The translations under genes were made by a program, and so were the position numbers. This document shows, one piece after another, positions 36,456-44,869 of a stretch of 64,000 nt of DNA. Location of the stretch: positions 3,425,794 to 3,489,793 of the forward strand of contig OZ253534.1 in NCBI GenBank assembly GCA_965262355.1. Direction: 5' to 3'. Origin of the DNA: Candidatus Multivorans sp. Its GTDB lineage: Bacteria; Acidobacteriota; Thermoanaerobaculia; Multivoradales; Multivoraceae. The notes beneath the pieces were generated by a model. It worked only from the letters and a program-made list of their open reading frames with translations. It ran no database searches and had not been told where the DNA came from. The first letter of the stretch is position 1. Each line of letters starts with the position of its first letter.

Positions 36456-36602
36456 TGGCCTACCCCTGTCAAGCACGTGTCAGAAGATCGCGCGTCCAGC
36501 TCCGCAGTCAGGCAAGGGCGCTCGGTATCGAACTGCGGTGACTGGATAGCAGGGCCAGCGCCCGTCCGCGTCGGTCAGAGCACCTCCCAGCGGGCGGCTT
36601 TT

Positions 36603-36663
36603 CGGGTAGTCGGAGCCGAGTTATGGGTAGCCTTCTGGGTAGTTGCCCTCGTCTCTTGGGTAG
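36603..36663. repeat. Four direct repeats of TGGGTAG(T/C) with 21/12/21-bp spacing, adjacent to the integrase remnant
   Basis: cGGGTAGTcgg … tGGGTAGCctt … tGGGTAGTtgc … tGGGTAGTttc within 61 bp of non-coding DNA. Confidence 0.45.
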
Positions 36664-36889
36664 TTTCTCTCCGGCGGCTAGATCCTCAGTACAAAGCCTG
36701 AGCCGACATCGAACTCACCCAGTTCCGAAGGCCGCCGCCGGCGTTCCCTCGGGCAGCGGGAACTGCCGGGCGCGTTGGGCGATGCGGATGAAGCGGGAAC
36801 ATCGCTTCGGGGTCCAGGTCGTCCATCGTGGCGCCGACACACTCCTCAGCCTCGAATAGTCTGGATCCGGGCATTGTCGCTGCTTGAGG

Positions 36890-37372
36890 TCAGAGGAAGG
36901 CGGCGCCCGCGTGGTCCTCGAACGCCTCCACCTGACGAATGTAGCGGAGGACCATTTCGGCGCTGGAATGTCTCGTGACCTCCATGATCTTGTCGAGCCG
37001 CGCACCGTGAACGGCGGCGCTGGTGACGAAACCGGCGCGCAGGGAATGCCCCGAGTACTCGGCCGGGTCGAGCCCGATCGCCTGGACGTAGTGCTTGACT
37101 AGGCGCGGGATGTCCGAATGGTGCAAGCGGCGGCCGCGAAGTCGCCCGCCGCGCCATAGGGACTGGAACAGCGGCCCCTCTGCAGCCCGGACGAGCGCCA
37201 GCCATCGTCGCAGGCGCGACACGGCGTTCAGTCCCTTTCCCGCCGGTATCGCGATGCGCTGCCCCTTCGCGGTCTGGTCGGTCTTCGACCTCCGGATGGT
37301 CAGAAACAGGCCGTTGTCTTCACCGGGCTGGCCGATGAAGTCGACGTCTTCGACGTTCCTTGAGGTGCGCTT
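36890..37372 (-). pseudogene. Tyrosine recombinase/integrase fragment (C-terminal catalytic domain only)
   Basis: …FLTIRRSKTDQTAKGQRIAIPAGKG… and …HSLRAGFVTSAAVHGARLDKIMEVTRHSSAEMVLRYIR (integrase H-x-x-R…Y box). The frame is closed by a stop ~160 codons upstream with no N-terminal domains. Confidence 0.65.
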
Positions 37373-37605
37373 TCAGGAAGTCTCCGGCCGCGCCGCGGGA
37401 GCGGTTGTCGAGGATGCCGACAGGGGGCGCAACGAGTCCAGGGGCGTCATGCATCGCCGCGGATGCTAGCCGTAGAAGGGTTCGCTGGGCTTGACTGCCT
37501 GCTGGCTTACCGGGAGGCGATGGAGGAAGCGGGGTAGTGGGAGGTAGATTGAGAGAGCGGGCGAAACGCTGCGCCGTCGCCTGACCGCCGCACCGTAACG
37601 GTCCC

Positions 37606-37911
37606 TCAGCCGTCGAGGGCACGCACGACCGCCTCCGGTTCCCGGTCGATGACAGTCAGCAGGACGCGAGCCGCACGGTCCGGGACTCGTCGACCCTGTT
37701 CCCAGTCCTGCACGGCGCGGGCATCCAGTCCGAACCGGTCCGCGAAGCTCTGGCGACTGAGCTGCATGCGCTTACGGAGCGCAACGATGCGCTCCGCCGC
37801 CGGATCGTCGACGATTCGGCAAGGCAGTCGCGTTTCGCCGCGCACGTGAGCGAGCACTTCTCCGAGGGCAGCTTCCACCTCGCGGCCCGTTTTCGTTCGC
37901 TGAGTCGTCAC
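37606..37911 (-). CDS. higA: HigA-type HTH antitoxin
   Basis: GTG start overlapping the higB stop (GTGA). …LRKRMQLSRQSFADRFGLDARAVQDWEQGRRVPD… HTH. Confidence 0.65.
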   Translation of the reverse strand: MTTQRTKTGREVEAALGEVLAHVRGETRLPCRIVDDPAAERIVALRKRMQLSRQSFADRFGLDARAVQDWEQGRRVPDRAARVLLTVIDREPEAVVRALDG

Positions 37912-38237
37912 GAATCCTCCTCCTTCTTGATTGTGCCCACGAGGCGGGAGAGCGCCCTTCTGTCTGCAGGACTCAGATCGGCCCGATCCGCCTTCGCGTA
38001 GGCGGTCAGCAGGTAGACAGCGCCAGGACCGGCGTGCCAAAAGTAGATCGTGCGGACGCCGCCTCGTTTACCTCGTCCAGACCCAGCCCACCGCTGTTTC
38101 CGAATTCCTCCGGTCCCGCGGATCACGGGCGCAGCGCTCGGGTCGGCAGCAATGGCAGCCTCCATCGCTCGTCGATCTGCTTCAGACATGAGCTTGCGGA
38201 TGGCCCGCTCATAGGTCCTGGTGAAGAAAACGCGCAC
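37908..38237 (-). CDS. higB: HigB/RelE-family toxin
   Basis: …GGIRKQRWAGSGRGKRGGVRTIYFWHAGPGAVYLLTAYAKADRADL… (HigB GK.GG.R.IY motif). Toxin-first gene order. Confidence 0.7.
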   Translation of the reverse strand: MRVFFTRTYERAIRKLMSEADRRAMEAAIAADPSAAPVIRGTGGIRKQRWAGSGRGKRGGVRTIYFWHAGPGAVYLLTAYAKADRADLSPADRRALSRLVGTIKKEEDS

Positions 38238-38284
38238 GGCCGACTATGCGGCAGTGCCGCAGCCCTGTCAAATGGCAGGTCGTA

Positions 38285-39510
38285 CTAGTGTCAAGTCACA
38301 CGTCCTATGTCGCATGAATCGTAGTAGGCTCCTTGCCGTTCGACGACGGCAAGGAGTCTGGCATGAAGCGGTATGTGGTGGAGTTGGAGGAGCAGGAGCG
38401 CGAGGCGTTGGCGACGATTGCGCGCAAGGGTTCGCATCGGTCGCAGAAGGTGATCAACGCGTTGGTTCTGCTCAACTGCGACGAGGGCGAGTTCAACGGG
38501 CGTCGGCCGACCGGCGAGACGATCGCCGGGGTCTTGCGGATCAGTGCGCGCAGGGTGGATCGTGTGAAGAAGCGGTTTGTGGAGGACGGTCTGGAGGCGG
38601 CGCTCGGCAGTCGGCAGGGGCGTCGTCCGAAGTACCTGCGCAAGGCGGATGGCGAGTTCGAGGCGCGGCTGGTCGCGCTCAGTTGCGGAGAGCCGCCCGA
38701 AGGGCGTTCGCAGTGGTCTCTGCGTCTGTTGGCCGACCGTGCGGTGGAGCTCGGCTATATCGACAGCGTCTCGCACGAGACGGTGCGGCGGGTGCTAAAA
38801 AAAACGCTCTCAAACCGTGGCGCCGCGTCGGCTGGGTGATTCCGCCGCAATGCAACGCCGACTTCGCGGCGAACATGGAGCGGGTGCTCGACGTCTATCG
38901 GCGTCCCTACGACGCGAGCTTCCCGGTGGTGTGCATGGACGAGACGCCGCGGCAGTTGATCGCCGAGACACGGGCGCCCATCCCGCCGGCCCCTGGACGG
39001 GAGGTCCGCGAAGACTACGAGTACCGACGCTGCGGCGCCTGCAACGTGTTCATGGCGACCGAACCGCTGGCCGGGCGGCGTCTGACCAAGGTCACCGAGC
39101 GCAGGACCAAGACCGACTGGGCGCGTTTCCTGGAAGACATCGCCGGGCAGTATCCCGACGCCACCCGAATCACGCTGGTGATGGACAACCTCAACACCCA
39201 CCGCCCCGGCGCGCTCTACGAGACCTTCGACCCGGCCCGGGCCAAGGCGCTGTGGGACCGCTTCGAGTTCGTCTACACCCCCAAGCACGGCAGTTGGCTG
39301 AACGTCGCCGAGGTCGAACTCAGCGTGATGATCCGACAGTGCCTCAACCGCCGCATCGACTCCATCGACACCCTACGCGCCGAAGTCGGCGCCTGGCAGG
39401 CCGCCAGAGACCGGATCCAAGCCAAGGTCAACTGGCACTTCACCACCGACGACGCTCGCGTCAAACTCAAGCGCCTCTATCCGACTTTTGACGAGTGACA
39501 CGACACTAGA
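38285..39510 (+). mobile_element. IS630-family insertion sequence (two-frame type) with short imperfect terminal inverted repeats (approximate bounds)
   Basis: Left ctagtgtcaagtcac…; right …gtgacacgacactag, reverse-complemented ctagtgtcgtgtcac. orfA and orfB lie inside. Confidence 0.6.
38363..39498 (+). CDS. IS630-family transposase produced by a programmed -1 frameshift (orfA 38363-38839; orfB continues to 39498) at an A8 slippery run
   Basis: orfA HTH region (…LATIARKGSHRSQKVINALVLLN…). Slippery site gtgctAAAAAAAAcgc at 38797-38804. orfB DDE region (…VVCMDETPRQ…LVMDNLNTHRP…TPKHGSWLNVAEVE…). orfB is in the -1 frame relative to orfA. Confidence 0.8.
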
Positions 39511-39697
39511 GCGCCGGCGAACTCAAGGCCCGACCACCGCTACGCCGACGCGAGCAGGGGACGCCGGTTGCCCAAACGACTTCGCTCGTCACTACTCTTC
39601 GAACCCGGAAGAATCGCCGTGAGCGATGGCGATCGCCAGCTCCTCGAGGAGCTTGTTCTCCGGGAGTTGCCGCAGTCTCAGCTTCTCGAGATCGTGG

Positions 39698-40576
39698 TCA
39701 TGGCTGTTGGCCGTCGTCTACGCGGTAGCGTTCGGCCTCGGCGTCGTAGTCGTCGAACCCGAGGATGTTGCGAAGACGGTCGAAGTCCACACTGTTTGCA
39801 GGTTGGCCGCCGTTGCCCAGTGCCTGTAGCGCCTCGAACATCGCCGCGGTGGCGGCGGATAGCAGCGTCAGCGGGTAGGCCGCGATCCTGTAGCCGATCT
39901 CCTCGAGGCGCGCCGGGGACAGAAGCGGCGTGTCGCCGCCCTCGACCAGGTTCGCCATCTTCGGACCGGGGATCGCTTCGCAGAGCTCGAGCATCTCGCT
40001 CTCCGACTGCGGGGCCTCGAGGAACGTGATGTCCGCGCCGATGTCGGCGAAGGCCTGGCAGCGGGCTACGGCCTCGTCGAACCCGTCGGTGGCGCGGGCG
40101 TCGGTGCGTGCCACGATCACAATGTCGGCGCCCTCCTCGCGTGCGTCCACCGCGGCGTGCACCCGCGACAGGGCCTCGGCACGGGAAACGACACTCTTCC
40201 CCCTCGTGTGCCCGCAGCGCTTGGGCGCCTCCTGATCCTCGATCATCACGCCGGCGAAGCCCGCGTTCGCGTAGCTCCGCACCGTGCGCTTGACGTTCAG
40301 GGCGTTGCCGTAGCCGGTGTCACCGTCGCCGATCACGGGCAGCCGGGTGGCGGAGCAGATGTTGCGTCCCTGGTCGAGCATCTCGCCGAAGGAAATCAGG
40401 CCGGTGTCCGGCATCCCGAGCCGGCTGGCGGACACGGCGAAGCCGCTCATGAAGGTCAGCTCGAACCCCGCCTGCTCGATGAGCCGGGCGGAGAGCGCAT
40501 CGAAGCAGCAGGGCATGACCCGAAGCCCCGGAGCGTCGAGAAGGCCGCGAAGACGCGCCGCGGGGGAGGAACTCAT
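39698..40576 (-). CDS. PEP mutase / isocitrate lyase superfamily enzyme (methylisocitrate lyase or carboxyvinyl-carboxyphosphonate phosphorylmutase-like)
   Basis: …GLRVMPCCFDALSARLIEQAGFELTFMSGFAVSASRLGMPDTGLISFGEML…PVIGDGDTGYGNALNVKRTVRSYANAGFAGVMIEDQ…KRCGH…. Confidence 0.8.
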   Translation of the reverse strand: MSSSPAARLRGLLDAPGLRVMPCCFDALSARLIEQAGFELTFMSGFAVSASRLGMPDTGLISFGEMLDQGRNICSATRLPVIGDGDTGYGNALNVKRTVRSYANAGFAGVMIEDQEAPKRCGHTRGKSVVSRAEALSRVHAAVDAREEGADIVIVARTDARATDGFDEAVARCQAFADIGADITFLEAPQSESEMLELCEAIPGPKMANLVEGGDTPLLSPARLEEIGYRIAAYPLTLLSAATAAMFEALQALGNGGQPANSVDFDRLRNILGFDDYDAEAERYRVDDGQQP

Positions 40577-41358
40577 GCGGTTCGCGATTGGCTGGACAAT
40601 CTCGGAAGCGGGGCCGGGACGTAGCGGATCGGATCACGGTCCTTGTAGCAGACCCAACACTGGCCGGTCTCGCGGCCCGCCGCTGCCAGAATGACAGCAT
40701 CCGCAACCTGAGAGGGCGGCATGAGTCGAAGGTCGGCCTCCCTCACGAAGTCCTCGGCCTCGGGGCCGAAGATCCTGGTGGCGACGGCGGCCGGGCAGAT
40801 CGCGTTGAGCGTGATTCCGCGCTGGGCGAGAGACGGTGCGAGAGCGCGAACCAGGCCGACCACGGCGTGCTTGGTCATCGTGTAGACGGGGTCCACTTCC
40901 CAGGTTGCGAGGCCGGCAACCGAGGCCGTCACGACGATCGCTCCGCCGCCGCGGTTCTCCAGCGCCTGCACGGTCGCACTCACGCCGAAGACGACTCCGT
41001 CGATGTTGGCCCCCATGGCGCGGCGGTAGGCGTCCGCCGGCATGGCTGCGATGTCGAAGGCAGGAAAGTCACCCCCGGCCGCCGGATAGGTCGTCACGCC
41101 GGCGTTGAGATGGACCAGATCGAGCCCGCCGTGGGTCCTGACGATCTCCGAAACAACGCGCGTCCAGGCGTCCCGGTCGCTTACGTCGAGGCGTGCGAAC
41201 TCGCCGCTGACCGCGTCCGCGGCTTCCTGCCCCGCGGCTTCGTCGATGTCCGTGACGACGACATGGGCGCCCTGGGCGGCAAGCGCCTCGCAGGTGGCTC
41301 TGCCGATTCCGGAGGCGCCGCCCGTGACGAGGCAGGTCTTGTTGTCGAAGTGAGCCAT
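40573..41358 (-). CDS. SDR-family oxidoreductase
   Basis: …KTCLVTGGASGIGRATCEALAAQGAHVVVTD… (TGxxxGxG Rossmann motif). Confidence 0.85.
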   Translation of the reverse strand: MAHFDNKTCLVTGGASGIGRATCEALAAQGAHVVVTDIDEAAGQEAADAVSGEFARLDVSDRDAWTRVVSEIVRTHGGLDLVHLNAGVTTYPAAGGDFPAFDIAAMPADAYRRAMGANIDGVVFGVSATVQALENRGGGAIVVTASVAGLATWEVDPVYTMTKHAVVGLVRALAPSLAQRGITLNAICPAAVATRIFGPEAEDFVREADLRLMPPSQVADAVILAAAGRETGQCWVCYKDRDPIRYVPAPLPRLSSQSRTA

Positions 41359-41476
41359 TGGGCGCGTCCTCACGAGCCCGACCATATGAGACTCGGATCG
41401 TCATCGCCCAGGACCCGACCCGGGGTGCCACCGAAGAAGACTCCGGACACGAACACGTTGGTGTCGAGTACGACCT

Positions 41477-41737
41477 TCACCGGCAGCGAACGGCCGCGAT
41501 CGCCGAGGCCACGTCCGATCGCTTCATGCCCGCGCGACGGGCCGCTTCGCGTGCTCGCTCCATGACCTCGTCGAACTCGCGCATCGAGGGCACGGCGATC
41601 GGCTTGAGCACGATCGTGTCTCCTTCGCCTATGACGACGAACTGGACGCCCGGCTCGAGCCCCAACCTCGTCCGGATGGCATCGGGTATGACCACCTGGC
41701 CCTTGGAGGACATCCTGGTCGTCCGGATCTCAGCCAT
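41477..41737 (-). CDS. AbrB/MazE/SpoVT-family DNA-binding protein (orphan antitoxin-like)
   Basis: MAEIRTTRMSSKGQVVIPDAIRTRLGLEPGVQFVVIGEGDTIVLKPI… No adjacent toxin. Confidence 0.6.
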   Translation of the reverse strand: MAEIRTTRMSSKGQVVIPDAIRTRLGLEPGVQFVVIGEGDTIVLKPIAVPSMREFDEVMERAREAARRAGMKRSDVASAIAAVRCR

Positions 41738-41795
41738 GGCGAGAATCTTACCAGTAAGACCGCGAAGTTGCCGTTCTTGACGTCTCCGCGGACCG

Positions 41796-42959
41796 TCAGG
41801 GCCAGAGCGCTCCCGCCGCAAGGGCCTCGGCGAAGCGTGCTATCGGCCAGACCTCGATGCCGTCAGTGGTGGCGAACGACCTCTCCCCGCCGTACAGCAA
41901 GAACCTTCTGGTCAGGCCGGGTAGCTCCTGGATGGCCCGGAGTCCCTTCAACAGGGTGGTGTCGTAGCGTGCTGCGGACTTGACTTCGATCGCCACGTAC
42001 TCGCGCTGACGTTCCAGCAGGAAGTCCACCTCGATGGTCCGCGCCTGCGACGGCGCCCAGTAGGAGATCCGGTCGAAGAGGTCCGAGGTTTCGTTGTAGG
42101 CGCGCAACAGGCCGAGGACGAAACCCTCGAGCAGCGCCCCCCGTTCTTCGGCATGGAGCGATCCGCGCCGTCTCTGGACTTGCCGAGCGAGTCCGGGATC
42201 CACCCAGTAGAGCTTTGGGTGTTTCCGTTCCCGGGTCCTGAGCCTCGCTTCGAAGCCGTCGAGTCTGGTGGCCAGGAGAGTGTCTTCGAGGATGTCCAGA
42301 TAGCCGTCGACGGTGCTTCGGGCGGTGCCGGAGTCCCGGGCCAGCGAGGAGACGTTGACGACCTGACCGTGGTACAGGCCGGCCAGGGGCAGGAACCGAG
42401 CGAAGCCGCCGAGATTCCTCACCAGGGCTTCCGCGCGGATCTCCTCCCGCAGGTACATCTCGACGTAGGCGGCCAGTGTTGCCTCCGGATCTTCCGCGGT
42501 CGCGATGACCGGTATCGAGCCGAGCCGCAGCGTGTCTTCGAGGACAAAGTCGTCACCGAGTTCCTCGGGAACGAAGGGGAACATCAGCTTGCGTACGGCT
42601 CGGCCCGCGAGGAGGTTGGTGCCGGCCGTCTTCAGCTTGCGGGCGCTTGAGCCCAGGAGGGCGAAGCGCAGTCCTTTCTCCTCGATCCTGCGCTGGACCT
42701 CGTTGAGAAGTGCCGGAATCCGCTGGACCTCGTCGACCACCACCCAGGACTCGGGTTCGATCGCTTCGAGCTCGGCTCCGAAGAGGCCGGGATTGGCCAG
42801 CAGATCCTGGTAGAGAGCCTCGTCGAGGAGGTCGAAGCGGTGCGCTTCCGGAAACCGGGAACGCATCCATGTGCTCTTCCCGACGCCGCGAGGGCCGAGC
42901 AGGAAGAAGCTCCGCTTCGGGGCCTGCAGGATGCGCCGATACGTCGACGGTTTGCCCAT
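41796..42959 (-). CDS. AAA+ ATPase with DUF4143 domain
   Basis: …SFFLLGPRGVGKST (Walker A)…VVVDEVQRIP (Walker B)… plus C-terminal DUF4143-like region. Confidence 0.8.
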   Translation of the reverse strand: MGKPSTYRRILQAPKRSFFLLGPRGVGKSTWMRSRFPEAHRFDLLDEALYQDLLANPGLFGAELEAIEPESWVVVDEVQRIPALLNEVQRRIEEKGLRFALLGSSARKLKTAGTNLLAGRAVRKLMFPFVPEELGDDFVLEDTLRLGSIPVIATAEDPEATLAAYVEMYLREEIRAEALVRNLGGFARFLPLAGLYHGQVVNVSSLARDSGTARSTVDGYLDILEDTLLATRLDGFEARLRTRERKHPKLYWVDPGLARQVQRRRGSLHAEERGALLEGFVLGLLRAYNETSDLFDRISYWAPSQARTIEVDFLLERQREYVAIEVKSAARYDTTLLKGLRAIQELPGLTRRFLLYGGERSFATTDGIEVWPIARFAEALAAGALWP

Positions 42960-43098
42960 GAGGCCGTCACTTTACCATGAAAACTGACGGAGACCTGTGC
43001 AGATCGACGGCAAGAGCGGAGCGGTGCAAGCTAGGCTGCGTCAAGATACGGGGCCGTAGAAGCGCACGCCTTGTCGCCCCAATGGAGAGAGGAACGCG

Positions 43099-43422
43099 AT
43101 GTTCAGCACGAATCGGCTGGTGCTCGGCGCCGGCACACTGCTCGTTCTCATCGGAGGGCTGGCGTGTCAGCCCGAGGAGCGAACCGCCGATTCGGAGTTC
43201 TTCGTCAATATCGCCGACAACCCGGCGCTCGATACCGGCAACACGATGCGCCAGCCTGACGGTCAGGGCTACGCGACCTTCGGGCACGTGGTGCGCGGGA
43301 TGGAGATCCTCGAGGAGATTCAGAGCCGCCCGACGCTCACGGAAGCCGGGTCGGAAGTGACACGCGGCCAGATGCTGGAGCAGCCGGTGCCGATCCTGCA
43401 GGCGCGGGTCGTGCGCGACTAG
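43099..43422 (+). CDS. Truncated cyclophilin-type peptidyl-prolyl isomerase (C-terminal half only) behind a lipoprotein-like signal
   Basis: …EFFVNIADNPALDTGN…QPDGQGYATFGHVVRGMEILEEI matches the C-terminal half of cyclophilins. The N-terminal catalytic half is absent. Confidence 0.5.
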   Translation: MFSTNRLVLGAGTLLVLIGGLACQPEERTADSEFFVNIADNPALDTGNTMRQPDGQGYATFGHVVRGMEILEEIQSRPTLTEAGSEVTRGQMLEQPVPILQARVVRD

Positions 43423-43519
43423 GAGCAATCGCCGCGCACCGATCGCCGAAGCCAACGCTGGCCCTGCGGCCGCGTTAGGTAGAAGATGAGCAGCATCCGC
43501 ACCAACCGGGAGCACTGAC

Positions 43520-44269
43520 ATGGCAGAGAAAGTCGCAATCGTGACCGGCGGCGGCAGCGGGATCGGTCGGGCCGTAACGCACGGGCTGGTCGACGATGGT
43601 TACTGCGTGCTCATTGCCGGCCGCCGCGAGGATCGGCTGGCTCAAACGAGGAGCGGCGCGCGCGATCCCGAGAAGATCTCGCTGGTAGCCGCAGACATCA
43701 GCACCGTGGAGGGCGTCCAGGCGGTGTTCGACAAGCTGACGAGCACGTTCGACCGGCTGGACCTGCTGTTCAACAACGCCGGCACCGGCGCGCCGCCCGT
43801 GCCGATGGAAGAGCTGACCCTCGAACAATGGAACCGGGTGGTCGGGGTCAATCTGACGGGTGTCTTTCTCTGCACACAAAGGGCGGTCAAGCTCATGAAG
43901 GAGCAGGATCCCCAGGGCGGACGCATCATCAACAACGGTTCCATCTCCGCACACGTGCCGCGCCCAAACTCCGCCCCTTACACGGCGACGAAGCACGCGG
44001 TCACCGGGCTTACGCGGTCGACGTCGCTCGACGGTCGCAGGTTCAACATCGCCTGCGGACAGATCGACATCGGCAACGCCTACACGAGAATGACGGCGCG
44101 GATGTCCGAGGGCGTGCAGCAACCAGACGGCACTACGAAGCCTGAGCCCACGATGGACGTGCGCGCGGTCGTCGACGCGGTGCGCTACATGGCCGCGCTC
44201 CCGCTCGACGCAAACGTCCCTTTCCTGACGGTGATGGCAAACGAAATGCCGTTCATGGGGCGCGGTTAG
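43520..44269 (+). CDS. SDR-family oxidoreductase
   Basis: [19 protein letters not shown]…[11 protein letters not shown] (catalytic Y-x-x-x-K). Confidence 0.85.
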   Translation: MAEKVAIVTGGGSGIGRAVTHGLVDDGYCVLIAGRREDRLAQTRSGARDPEKISLVAADISTVEGVQAVFDKLTSTFDRLDLLFNNAGTGAPPVPMEELTLEQWNRVVGVNLTGVFLCTQRAVKLMKEQDPQGGRIINNGSISAHVPRPNSAPYTATKHAVTGLTRSTSLDGRRFNIACGQIDIGNAYTRMTARMSEGVQQPDGTTKPEPTMDVRAVVDAVRYMAALPLDANVPFLTVMANEMPFMGRG

Positions 44270-44850
44270 CCCCGGTCCGCCGTGTCCGCCAAACCAGGAA
44301 TCAACCGGCTCATGAGATAGCCGACGGAGACGCCGGTACCGATACCGATCATCGGGTACACGTAGAGGTTGATGTCGGTCCAGAAGGTCGCCCAGGCGAG
44401 GGCGCCGGTGCTTGCCGCCGCGCCGAGCAGCGCACCGGTCTGGTGGGCGCGCCGGGTGAACACTCCGAGCAGGAAGATCGCCACCACGCCGCTGCTGAGC
44501 AGGCCGAGCAGGCTCTGGAAGAAGAAGAACAGCGAGCGCACGTCGAAGCTGGCCAGAACCAGTGCGGTGACGGTGGCCACGGTGCCGGCCAGGACCACCA
44601 CGGTGCGCGCGAAGCCCAGCTCGGCCGATTCGGTGCGCAGACTGCCGAAGCGTTTGAGGAAGTCGTGGCTGAGCGCGGTCGAGATGCTGTGGATGCTGCT
44701 GTCGAGGCTCGACATCGAGGCCGCCAGGATGCCCGCGATCAGCAGACCGGCCGCACCCTCCGGCAGGCGCCCGACGAGTCGCGCGTCGAAACTCCCTGGG
44801 GGTCCGCCGATCTGTATCAGTCCGGGTTCTTCCGACTGCGCCCGCGCCTG
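44266..44850 (-). pseudogene. C-terminal fragment of a sodium:solute symporter (5' end missing)
   Basis: …LLIAGILAASMSSLDSSIHSISTALSHDFLKRF… plus 4-5 TM segments. The N-terminal ~2/3 of an SSS transporter is absent. The upstream part of ORF 44266-45063 is non-homologous. Confidence 0.55.
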
Positions 44851-44869
44851 CTGCAAATGCATCCTCTTC

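Noticed and set aside
38221-38362. Upstream extension of the IS630 orfB frame (ORF 38221-39498) as an independent 425-aa protein
   Set aside because: The first ~190 codons in that frame are Arg/Gly-rich junk overlapping orfA. Homology to the DDE domain begins only after the A8 slippery site, consistent with a -1 frameshift fusion.
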